Shown here piece after piece: positions 14,797 to 22,670 of a stretch of DNA of 32,000 bases. The first letter of the stretch is position 1; each line of letters begins with the position of its first letter. Source of the stretch: Thermofilum adornatum (lineage in GTDB: Archaea > Thermoproteota > Thermoprotei > Thermofilales > Thermofilaceae); contig NC_022093.1 of the NCBI RefSeq assembly GCF_000446015.1, forward strand, positions 1,140,001 through 1,172,000, read 5' to 3'. The notes beneath the pieces are model-generated. The model was given only the letters and a program-made list of their open reading frames with translations. It had not been told where the DNA came from and did not search any database. Both the position numbers and the translations under genes were made by a program.

Positions 14797-16185
14797 ATGG
14801 ATAGTATTCTGGGGAAAGTTCCACTCGATAAAATATTAAAGACTATAGGCACGAAGAAGCTCGAGCTAGACTCCAACGAGATTTTCGGAGACTACTTGGC
14901 CACCGTTAATCCTGCGATAGGCGTGCCAGACGAGTTTCTAGGCTTCTTTGCCTACCACTACGCTGCCACAAACATAGCTGTCAGCTTCGCACGTCCAGAC
15001 TACGCTTTGCTAGATCTAAACTTCCCAGAAGGCTACACAGACGACACTATTGAGAAAATAATGAAAGACTTCCTAAGAGAGTGCGAAAAATATGGAACAA
15101 GACTCATAGGTGGACACACAGCCAGATACCGTGGCATTGAGTGGCCCATAGCTTCGACAACAATAATCGGGAAAAGGGTCAGAGAAAGAGAGCGGCCTAG
15201 CCCAGGAGACACAGTTCTCCTGATTGGAGAAGTAGGCCTAGAGACGGCCTGGCTCATGGGAGAAAAAATCGACCCCAGGACGCTCACCCCGCTCCCAACA
15301 GCACTCCAGCTTGCCAGTGCCCCGGGCCTCAAGCTTCTGCACGACGTCTCCGAGGGAGGAGTCTACAGGGCTATAGAAGACATTGCACGGGCATACTCTG
15401 TGGCGATAGATATCAAGAGTAATGAGATACCATTATACCCAGGCTTCCCCTCAGGCCTCGATCCTCTAACTTCTCCAAGCTATGGAACACTAATCGCCAT
15501 CGCAAATAGTCCACCTGGGCCCCTCTCCTACTGCAGCGAAAAAGGCATCAAATGCAAAGAGATCGGCAAGGTAGTTGCTAGAGATACCACACAGGTGCTA
15601 ATAGACGGGAAGCCCCAGAAACCAAGACAAACGTTACCAGTTGAAACCCTGTACTCGCCAAGTCTACTCGAGAAAGACGAATCCATGCTAAAACTAGCCG
15701 CAGAGTCCCTAGCACGAATACTATACCAAAACAACCTGCTATCAGAGACGGGAACAAACATCGCCTACCTGCCCCGAGACACGGACAATCCCAGGGAAGT
15801 GCTAGCCCTCGACGGGAGAATAATCAAGACAAAAAGTGGTCCAAAGATATGCGGGAAGCCAGCGCCAGGCGGCTCAACATACCTGGCAAACCTACTCATA
15901 GAAGCTAAAAGATCAGGATTGCCCTATAGAGCGGCCATCAACCTGCGCTACAAAAAAGAACTCGTCGAGAAACTTGAACAAGCAGGAATACAAGTCTACG
16001 ACGCATCGAGCCATGAGGAGCCTTGCCCAGTAATAGGAGCAATTAGAGCCGGCAACAGGGCACAGGCCTACTTCTACAAAGACAAGCCAAACCTAGAGCC
16101 GACACTGGTCATACTTGGGGAAGACCCCCTAAAGCTTGCAAATATGATTAGGCAACTCCTAGTAGAAAACCCCCTACAGCCCTAA
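14797..16185 (+). CDS. Fusion protein: PurM/AIR-synthase-related (ThiL-like) N-terminal domain plus ThiN-type thiamine-phosphate synthase-like C-terminal domain
   Basis: The N-terminal half has a PurM-superfamily pattern (...RLIGGHTARY...GDTVLLIGEVGLE...). The C-terminal ~170 aa (GTNIAYLPRD...LALDGRIIKT...GGSTYLANLLIEAKR...AAINLRY) matches my memory of the archaeal ThiN domain. Confidence 0.6.
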   Translation: MDSILGKVPLDKILKTIGTKKLELDSNEIFGDYLATVNPAIGVPDEFLGFFAYHYAATNIAVSFARPDYALLDLNFPEGYTDDTIEKIMKDFLRECEKYGTRLIGGHTARYRGIEWPIASTTIIGKRVRERERPSPGDTVLLIGEVGLETAWLMGEKIDPRTLTPLPTALQLASAPGLKLLHDVSEGGVYRAIEDIARAYSVAIDIKSNEIPLYPGFPSGLDPLTSPSYGTLIAIANSPPGPLSYCSEKGIKCKEIGKVVARDTTQVLIDGKPQKPRQTLPVETLYSPSLLEKDESMLKLAAESLARILYQNNLLSETGTNIAYLPRDTDNPREVLALDGRIIKTKSGPKICGKPAPGGSTYLANLLIEAKRSGLPYRAAINLRYKKELVEKLEQAGIQVYDASSHEEPCPVIGAIRAGNRAQAYFYKDKPNLEPTLVILGEDPLKLANMIRQLLVENPLQP

Positions 16186-16215
16186 AAATAAATACTCCCC
16201 TAAACCAAAATTGAA

Positions 16216-16278
16216 GCGATGATGACGCATTTGCCCCCCGGTGACCTGTGAGCCGGATTACCGCGTGCTGAATTTTTT
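16216..16278 (+). ncRNA. Candidate C/D-box sRNA
   Basis: C box AUGAUGA at 16219-16225 and D box CUGA at 16268-16271, a 53-nt box-to-box span. Degenerate internal boxes: GUGA at 16241-16244 and UGUGAG at ~16247-16252. TATA-like AAAAATAAATA at ~16186-16197 is about 25 nt upstream, and a T6 tract at 16273-16278 follows directly. Confidence 0.4.
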
Positions 16279-16331
16279 CCCAACCCAACCAGCAAACATT
16301 AAAATATACCAAAGAATAGTACAAAGCCAAT

Positions 16332-17054
16332 ATGGCTAGACTCTTGTTCCAGGAAGACAGCTACCTAAAAGAGGCAGAAGCAGCCGTCACAAAAATCGAT
16401 GGAAACAAGGTCTTCCTCGACTCAACAATTTTCCACCCGGGCCCCTCAGGCGGACTAGACACAGACAAGGGCTGGCTCGTCTTGCCCAACGGCGACAAAG
16501 TAGAAGTCGTCCAGGCAGTAGAAGAAGCCGGCGACGTTGCACACGTACTCTCGAGGACTGTAGAGCTGAAGCCAGGAGACAAAGTGAAATGCATCCTAGA
16601 CTGGGAGAGAAGACACAAGATGATGAGGCTCCACACAGCCTCCCACGTCCTAGCATCAATACTATATAACAGATACGGCGCCCTAGTCACTGGCGGGCAC
16701 ATCCAGCCAGACGAAGCAAAGGACGACTTTGACCTCTCAAACGTCGAAGACTGGAAAACCGCGTTCCAGCAGGCAGTCGACGAAACAAACACCGTGCTGA
16801 AAAAATGCATAGAGGTAAAGGTATACTGGCTCAGCAGGGAAGAAGCACTAAAAATACCAGGCATAGTCAAGCTTGCAGGCCGTCTTCCACCCAGCGTAGA
16901 GAAACTCAGAATAGTAGAAATCCCAGGCATCGACATACAGGCAGACGGCGGACCCCACGTGAAAAACACGTGTGAAGTTGGAGAAATTGTACTAAAGAAA
17001 CTTGAAAGCAAAGGAGCCAAACGCAAAAGAATCTACTATTCACTAAAAGAATAG
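16332..17054 (+). CDS. alaX: Alanyl-tRNA editing protein AlaX (AlaX-M type)
   Basis: HxxxH motif in MRLHTASHVL and a second metal-site region IQADGGPHV. The N-terminal beta-barrel domain and 240-aa length fit AlaX-M. Confidence 0.85.
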   Translation: MARLLFQEDSYLKEAEAAVTKIDGNKVFLDSTIFHPGPSGGLDTDKGWLVLPNGDKVEVVQAVEEAGDVAHVLSRTVELKPGDKVKCILDWERRHKMMRLHTASHVLASILYNRYGALVTGGHIQPDEAKDDFDLSNVEDWKTAFQQAVDETNTVLKKCIEVKVYWLSREEALKIPGIVKLAGRLPPSVEKLRIVEIPGIDIQADGGPHVKNTCEVGEIVLKKLESKGAKRKRIYYSLKE

Positions 17055-17249
17055 AAAGCTACATACGCCCAAAAGCCAAGAAGTAACCTTCGCACAGAGG
17101 ATCTCAGAATCGAAAAAGCGACCTACCTATGGGATTCATGGTCACGAAGGTGAAGTTAAGCCACGGGAAAGCACACTAGAAATAACTGCGTGTTGCCATT
17201 AGAGTGCAACTAAAATAAAACTAGGCGTAATATTTTTACTGACCTGGAA

Positions 17250-17936
17250 ATGGACGCTACAAGAAACATAATTGGTCTATTTGATTCAAACGTCGAGAAC
17301 TATGACTCGTGGTATGATGCCGAGTCGGGCAGGGCTGTCTTAGAGACAGAGGCAGAGATGCTTAGACGTGTATTGCCCAGGGGGCTCGGCGTCGAGATAG
17401 GTTCTGGGACCTGCAGGTTTTCTGGGCTTCTCCGAGAAGAGAGAGACATAGTGTGCCTTGATCCATCCCTTAGAATGCTTCGCCACGGCTATACACGGGG
17501 CAGATGCATTTTTGCAGTTGCAGGTGTAGCTGAGGACACGCCCTTAAGGAGTAGCTACTTCTCATTTGCATACATGGTAACCGTTATAGAGTTTCTCCAT
17601 GATCCAGCCATGGCCCTAAAGGAAACATGGAGAATACTTAAGCCCGGAGGCGTCCTTGCCGTCCTCTTCATCGAGAGGGAAAGCTCTTGGGGAAAATTTT
17701 ACATGGAGATAGCCCGGAAAGGCATCGACCCGATCCTTGCGAGGGCGAGACTCTACACAGCTAGGGAGGTAGACGAACTGCTAGCAACATCGGGCTTCAA
17801 GGTTCAGAAACATTTAATGTCCCTAGCTTATCCTCCACTAACTGTTCCCCCTGCTCCTCCAGAGATCTATGAGGAAGCTTGTAGCGACTGCGGCGTGACG
17901 CTTACAGTAGCCGCTAAGCCCAAAGAATTTATTTAG
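17250..17936 (+). CDS. Class I SAM-dependent methyltransferase (Methyltransf_11-like)
   Basis: Motif I GVEIGSGTCRF, and a post-II/III pattern (FAYMVTVIEFLHDP...LKPGGVLAV). Confidence 0.8.
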   Translation: MDATRNIIGLFDSNVENYDSWYDAESGRAVLETEAEMLRRVLPRGLGVEIGSGTCRFSGLLREERDIVCLDPSLRMLRHGYTRGRCIFAVAGVAEDTPLRSSYFSFAYMVTVIEFLHDPAMALKETWRILKPGGVLAVLFIERESSWGKFYMEIARKGIDPILARARLYTAREVDELLATSGFKVQKHLMSLAYPPLTVPPAPPEIYEEACSDCGVTLTVAAKPKEFI

Positions 17937-17959
17937 TACTTCTCAATATATGTTTACAC

Positions 17960-19165
17960 ATGGGAGAATACTCAAAGGCGATAGTTTCTACAACTACGCG
18001 TGACGGAAGACAAGTATACCTGTCTGGAGTAGCAAAGCCGCCCCAGCCAGGCCTAGACGAGGCCTTATCCAGTGTTCTAGCGTCGCTGTCCAATCATTCC
18101 TACAGCGAGCTAAACGGGGACAGGGTCGTCCTGGAAGCGAGAAAAATGCTCGAGTCACAGGGCTTCAAGGTCGAAAGCCTAGAAATATACGTTTCCCACC
18201 GTTGCCCAATGTGCGGGGCATCGATAAACATTACCCCCGAGACCGTCATCTATGTATGTCCCTACTGTGGCTGGACGGGCGACGTCTATGGGCACAGCCT
18301 AGCCTTTAAGGTCTGGCCTGCTCCACCAAGAGAAGCGGTAGAAGAAGCCGCAAGAAGGCTTGGAGGAGTACTAGACAATGCCACGTTGTACTATGTCCCT
18401 TTCTGGGTCTTCCGCGTAAATGTTACGGGAGAGTATACGGGGACAGCAGTCTACACGGTGCAACGCACTGAACGCGTGCCGGTAAGGAGGAACAGGGAGA
18501 CAGAGTGGGTAACAGTTGTAAGGACAGAGACCAGGACAAAGAAGGTTGCCGGCAAAATACGTTTCGAAACACTCAAGGGCGCATTCGGCCGTCTCTACGC
18601 TGAAATCTTTGGGGCAGGAGAATTAAAGAGCTGGGTAGAGCATTCCTGGCAGACAAATCCACCAAAGGAAATGGATCCACCTGAGCTGAAAAAATATGCC
18701 GAGAACTTTCTCTCTGCCGAGGTAAGTGATGAAGAGGCCCTTGGCCTTCTCAGAAAAGAGATAGACACAGAGATCTACCGCGAGATAGAAACGTCTGCCG
18801 CTAGGCAGGTAGAGGGGGCACTTACAGAGGTTCAAATCGAGTACCTATCTACCCAGGTAAACACGCCGGAAAAACACCTAGTATATGTGCCTTATTGGTT
18901 CTTCACATATAAAGTTAAGGGAAACCTGTATGCAGGGTCCCTTGTTGGCCCAACAGCCACAATTATCAGGGCTGAGAGGTACATCTCCAACGCGGAGCGA
19001 GTAGCAAAGATGATGAGTGCATGGGTAGCTGTCCTGGTTACTGGCGCATTTACAGAATTCGCCCTCCGATATGATGTCGGCTGGGGTTTTCTCGTAATTC
19101 CACTGGGCCTCCTAGGAGCCTATAAACTGGCGTCTTCAGCTTTTGAAGCGGCAGAGGTGGTTTAA
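17960..19165 (+). CDS. Zinc-ribbon protein with a C-terminal TM hairpin (401 aa); paralog of the next gene
   Basis: CPMCG-x15-CPYCG. Motifs YYVPFWVF and LVYVPYWFFTY. C-terminal hydrophobic segments WVAVLVTGAFTEFAL and GFLVIPLGLLGAY. Confidence 0.7.
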   Translation: MGEYSKAIVSTTTRDGRQVYLSGVAKPPQPGLDEALSSVLASLSNHSYSELNGDRVVLEARKMLESQGFKVESLEIYVSHRCPMCGASINITPETVIYVCPYCGWTGDVYGHSLAFKVWPAPPREAVEEAARRLGGVLDNATLYYVPFWVFRVNVTGEYTGTAVYTVQRTERVPVRRNRETEWVTVVRTETRTKKVAGKIRFETLKGAFGRLYAEIFGAGELKSWVEHSWQTNPPKEMDPPELKKYAENFLSAEVSDEEALGLLRKEIDTEIYREIETSAARQVEGALTEVQIEYLSTQVNTPEKHLVYVPYWFFTYKVKGNLYAGSLVGPTATIIRAERYISNAERVAKMMSAWVAVLVTGAFTEFALRYDVGWGFLVIPLGLLGAYKLASSAFEAAEVV

Positions 19166-20043
19166 TGCCTATTTGTCCATACTGTGGGGCAACTGTGGAG
19201 AGGCAGGCCGGGGAAGTAGTGCTTACGTGTCCCTTCTGTGGCACGGCGTTCACGCTTCAGGGAGTCGAGGTCGGAGAACACCTTATGGGCAGGGTCAATT
19301 ACGATATACAGCACCTCTTTCAGACCTTCAAGGCTTGGGCTCTGAGGATGCCTGAGACCCCCAACGATTTCACAGAAAAAGCCACCTTTAACGACTATAA
19401 CCTAATATTTTATCCCTTCTGGATCTACGTTGTAAGGGTGAAAGTTTCTTATCCAGGCGGCTCAGAAGAAATCACACATAACGTTGCCCTGCCAGCATCC
19501 ACGTCAATAACTAATTCGCCCATCGAGAAGGCGAGACTTTCACTGGCGGGCAAAGTATACTACAGCCACAAATATGTACTAAGCAACAATGGTAAAATCC
19601 TAAACCCAGACATCGACCCGTCCACGGCAGACCAAAAAGCTCTGACGCTGGCAGTCTCCCTTGCACAGCAGTCCCTAGCATACCGCTTCGGGGGCAGGGC
19701 CCGACTAAAGATAGACGGAACAGAAATAGTCGAAAGAAAACTCGTGCACCAGCCAATATTCCATGTAAATTATACCTACAACGGTAAAAATTACAAGTTC
19801 ATAGCTGACGCCTCCGACTCGAGGATTCTCTACGCCGAGGTACCCGTCGAACTAAGATTCCGCGTGGCGGCGATGCTTGGAGGAATCACATCCCTAATAC
19901 TTGGATTAGCAATGCTTCTCTTCTCCAATAATCACCCTGTATTTGCACTGACATCCCTGCTTGGCTTCCTAGTCGTGGGCGGCGTGTCCTTCAGCAAAGC
20001 TCTAACCTCCACCGTGGTTACTAGAAAATTCTTCGCCGAGTAA
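19165..20043 (+). CDS. Zinc-ribbon protein with a C-terminal TM hairpin (292 aa); paralog of the previous gene
   Basis: TAATG stop/start overlap at 19163-19167, with GAGGTGG upstream. CPYCG-x14-CPFCG. Motifs LIFYPFWIYV and LVHQPIFHVNYTY. Two C-terminal TM segments. Confidence 0.7.
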   Translation: MPICPYCGATVERQAGEVVLTCPFCGTAFTLQGVEVGEHLMGRVNYDIQHLFQTFKAWALRMPETPNDFTEKATFNDYNLIFYPFWIYVVRVKVSYPGGSEEITHNVALPASTSITNSPIEKARLSLAGKVYYSHKYVLSNNGKILNPDIDPSTADQKALTLAVSLAQQSLAYRFGGRARLKIDGTEIVERKLVHQPIFHVNYTYNGKNYKFIADASDSRILYAEVPVELRFRVAAMLGGITSLILGLAMLLFSNNHPVFALTSLLGFLVVGGVSFSKALTSTVVTRKFFAE

Positions 20044-20075
20044 TCCTAGAGCATATCCTCCTTGGTTTACAAAGA

Positions 20076-20083
20076 TTTTTAAG
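20076..20083 (+). promoter_or_regulatory. TATA-like box (TTTTTAAG), internal promoter candidate for 20105-21615
   Basis: Located 22 nt upstream of ATG 20105 in a 61-nt gap, with no SD motif before the ATG. Confidence 0.35.
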
Positions 20084-20104
20084 AATGAAAGACAACAAAC
20101 TATT

Positions 20105-20626
20105 ATGGCTGAAATATATAAAAAGGCTACAAGTAACTTACGTCTTCTCGAAAAACTCGAACTTATACTTCCAGGGTACCGGGGCTACAAGGAGAAGGAA
20201 CTCAGGCGGGAAACTGACCGCCTCATACGGGACTACCTCATATCTAAGATACAGCCAGCTTACAGGGACTTCAAAAACGCTATGAAGGCTATTGCCCTCT
20301 CAGGCGATCAGACACTCGCAACAGAATACAATGAGGTCCAGGCAATTTTTGACCGTGTCATCTCTAAGCTCAAAACAATGAGCTATGGCTATACAGGGTT
20401 CTTCGACCTAGTTAAAGTGGAGGAGCAACAGCTCGACAAGATGATCGAGTTTGACTGGAACCTAGTTTCAACGGCCGAGAGGATCCAAGAAAAAGCCCGC
20501 AACGTGGCTAAGTCTGATCCAGGCAAGCTAAGGGAAGCCCTAGACGACTTGAAAAACGAGCTACTTTCCCTCGAAGACACGTTAATTAACAGAGAAAACA
20601 TTATAAAAGGTGTGGGTGAGAAGTAA
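20105..20626 (+). CDS. All-alpha, coiled-coil-like protein (173 aa), uncharacterised
   Basis: Charged, heptad-like sequence throughout. There is a conserved-looking PGYRGYKEKELRRETDRLIR segment. The stop overlaps the next start (TAATG at 20624-20628). Confidence 0.65.
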   Translation: MAEIYKKATSNLRLLEKLELILPGYRGYKEKELRRETDRLIRDYLISKIQPAYRDFKNAMKAIALSGDQTLATEYNEVQAIFDRVISKLKTMSYGYTGFFDLVKVEEQQLDKMIEFDWNLVSTAERIQEKARNVAKSDPGKLREALDDLKNELLSLEDTLINRENIIKGVGEK

Positions 20627-21615
20627 TGCCCCAAGTAATCGAATGGGTAAACCCAGGGCCAGAGGACATCGTCTGGCGGTATCCAGATGAAAACATTACA
20701 TGGGGTGCACAGCTGATTGTCCACGAGTACGAGGTCGCGGTCTTCTTCAGGGACGGAAAAGCATACGACGTCCTCGGCCCGGGGAGACACACACTCACCA
20801 CCCAAAATCTTCCTCTCATTACAAAGGTTTTAACAACACTCGCCGGCTACCCAACAACGCCGTTCAAGGCTACAGTCATATTCGTATCTACAAAGACATT
20901 CAAGGGGCTCTTCGGAGGAAGAACCCAGACCACAGAGCTCGCACCATTAATGTTTAGGGGAGGCTACTGGTTCAAGGTCGGCGACCCAAGAATATTTGTA
21001 ACAGAGGTCGTTGGCGGACAAGGAAAATACACCTCCAGCGAGGTCAACGAGTTCATTAGGGGCTTTATAAACGAGAAAATAATCAAGCACCTTTCAACAT
21101 ACACACTGGCAGACGCATTCGCAAACATCGAACAAGTATCCTTCAAGACAAAGGCTTTCCTACTCGAAGAACTAAGACGCATAGGGCTAGAACTCATAGA
21201 CCTCAAATTCGAGGCAATAGACACCACACCAGAATACCGTGACAGGCTCTTCTGGATAAAACAAACAGGAGCCGCAGGCTACGTCCTCCAAATGGACACA
21301 ACAAAACAAGTAGCCCGCGAACTAGGAAAATCGCCCGGCGCAGCCGTAGGCGCAGGAGTAGCAATAATACCCCCACTAATGCAGCCCCCACCCGTACAGC
21401 CGCCGCCAGCTCCGCAGCCACAACAGCAGCCGCAACCAGTACAGCCCCAAACAAAAACATGTCCAAACTGCGGCCGCCAGGTACCCATCGATGCCATGTT
21501 CTGCCCCTACTGTGGCTACCGTTTCCCGCCCCCAACAAAGAAGTGTCCAAACTGCGGCAGGGACGTGCCGGGAGACGCCCTCTTCTGCCCCTACTGCGGA
21601 ACAAAACTAGCATAA
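20626..21615 (+). CDS. SPFH/Band-7 protein of the COG4260 (YdjI-like) type, with a P/Q-rich linker and two C-terminal zinc ribbons
   Basis: The N-terminus VIEWVNPGPEDIVWRYPDENITWGAQLIVHEYEVAVFFRDGKAYDVLGPGRHTLTTQNLPLI fits the family pattern I recall. The linker is PPLMQPPPVQPPPAPQPQQQPQPVQPQ. The ribbons are CPNCG...CPYCG, twice. Confidence 0.85.
   Translation: MPQVIEWVNPGPEDIVWRYPDENITWGAQLIVHEYEVAVFFRDGKAYDVLGPGRHTLTTQNLPLITKVLTTLAGYPTTPFKATVIFVSTKTFKGLFGGRTQTTELAPLMFRGGYWFKVGDPRIFVTEVVGGQGKYTSSEVNEFIRGFINEKIIKHLSTYTLADAFANIEQVSFKTKAFLLEELRRIGLELIDLKFEAIDTTPEYRDRLFWIKQTGAAGYVLQMDTTKQVARELGKSPGAAVGAGVAIIPPLMQPPPVQPPPAPQPQQQPQPVQPQTKTCPNCGRQVPIDAMFCPYCGYRFPPPTKKCPNCGRDVPGDALFCPYCGTKLA
21460..21612 (+). 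repeat. Tandem 84-bp (28-codon) duplication encoding the two zinc ribbons
   Basis: TGTCCAAACTGCGGC occurs at 21460 and 21544. TTCTGCCCCTACTG occurs at 21499 and 21583. Both pairs are offset by exactly 84 nt. Confidence 0.8.
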
Positions 21616-21654
21616 ATAAGGGGCAAAGCTCAACACTATGCTTTTCTCCTTTAC

Positions 21655-22653
21655 CTACCCCTTTAACACTAGCTTCCTAAAGAACCCCGGATACCTAGCG
21701 AGAAGGCCAGCGACTTCGAGCTTAGTAAGGTTTGCCGCTGTAACACGCTTCAATACTTCTATTGGGGCACTCAAGTAGAGTTCTCTCCTCTCAGCAGGTG
21801 AAGAGTTCTCCAGATACCTAATAATCCGCAACTGAATGTCAATATTAAATATTAAGCCATATTCTTCTAGAGACTTTCTGTACGGCTTACCATTTCTAAG
21901 TGAATCATACAGAGCCCTCGCCGACAAAAATCCGGGCCTTATCCCCTCGCCAGTAAGAGGCATCACTGCCCCTATGGCTTCACCTACAGCAAAATCTCCA
22001 TTGCCTGGCAAACGTAAGCCTCCAGCAGCAATAGGAGACCCCTTCAAAGAAACAATCTCTGCACCAATCTGCCTCGCCAAGAAGAGTACCCTGTCTCTGA
22101 GAAAATCATAATCTGCAAAGCCGCCTGCCCCAATATGGATGAGTCCGTCTCTTCCAGGGAAAACCCAGCCATAGCCCACTAGGTCTAAAAAGAAAAAGAT
22201 CTTGATTCGGTCTCTCTCTATGTTTGCCCTTGCCTCTGCCTGTAATGCAAGCGCCTTTCTCCCCTTGTATACAGGGTGCCCCCTCGCGTCAACCACTAGT
22301 CTGCAATCAATTAGCTTCCTGGGATCCACACCTCGATGTACAATATTTGCCCCCTCAAGTAGCTGCTTGAGGAGCAGTTCTTTATCCACAATGTAGCCTA
22401 GGACATCCCCCTTATACTCGTGTATAAGGCTGTTCTCCAGGAATATCTCGTATCCTCTAATTTTCTCGAGAATAGTTTCCTCTGGTAGCTTCATAAAATC
22501 ATCAATAGAGTAAGGTATCCCCCATCCGCACGGCTTACTAGCCAGCCTCCCATTAACCTCGAAGACGGTTACATCTGTTTCTTCTTCGCTTAAAAGCCGA
22601 GCCAGGTATGCACCAGAGGGGCCAGCGCCAACGATGCAGGCTTTTTCGGACAT
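21655..22653 (-). CDS. FAD-dependent oxidoreductase, geranylgeranyl reductase family
   Basis: N-terminal dinucleotide-binding motif CIVGAGPSGAYLARLL...VTVFE, and a later GD-type motif (FAVGEAIG). ATG 22653 places GxGxxG at the usual N-terminal position. GTG 22671 is the alternative given by the ORF track. Confidence 0.8.
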   Translation of the reverse strand: MSEKACIVGAGPSGAYLARLLSEEETDVTVFEVNGRLASKPCGWGIPYSIDDFMKLPEETILEKIRGYEIFLENSLIHEYKGDVLGYIVDKELLLKQLLEGANIVHRGVDPRKLIDCRLVVDARGHPVYKGRKALALQAEARANIERDRIKIFFFLDLVGYGWVFPGRDGLIHIGAGGFADYDFLRDRVLFLARQIGAEIVSLKGSPIAAGGLRLPGNGDFAVGEAIGAVMPLTGEGIRPGFLSARALYDSLRNGKPYRKSLEEYGLIFNIDIQLRIIRYLENSSPAERRELYLSAPIEVLKRVTAANLTKLEVAGLLARYPGFFRKLVLKG

Positions 22654-22670
22654 ATTTTTCTGCAAGGACA

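Noticed and set aside
16361-17026. 221-aa and 90-aa ORFs antisense to alaX
   Set aside because: They lie entirely inside the well-supported AlaX frame. The translations are Ser/Pro/Thr-rich low complexity with no motifs. This is the typical shadow ORF of a purine-rich coding strand.
17055-17249. 195-nt non-coding gap after alaX, inspected for a tRNA, a C/D-box sRNA or a structured RNA
   Set aside because: No tRNA-like T-arm or anticodon structure was found, and no RUGAUGA/CUGA pair on either strand. The only structure is a weak 5-bp hairpin (GTTGC...GCAAC, 17192-17210). This is not enough to call a feature.
20085-20285. 66-aa ORF overlapping the start of the 173-aa helical protein in another frame
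   Set aside because: The alternative frame (20105-20626) is longer, is coupled to the downstream gene by TAATG and has a coherent helical composition.
21203-21613. 136-aa and 72-aa ORFs antisense to the 3' end of the SPFH gene
   Set aside because: They are Arg/Leu/Gly/Cys-rich translations of the reverse complement of the P/Q linker and zinc-ribbon repeats. The sense frame has clear domain motifs.
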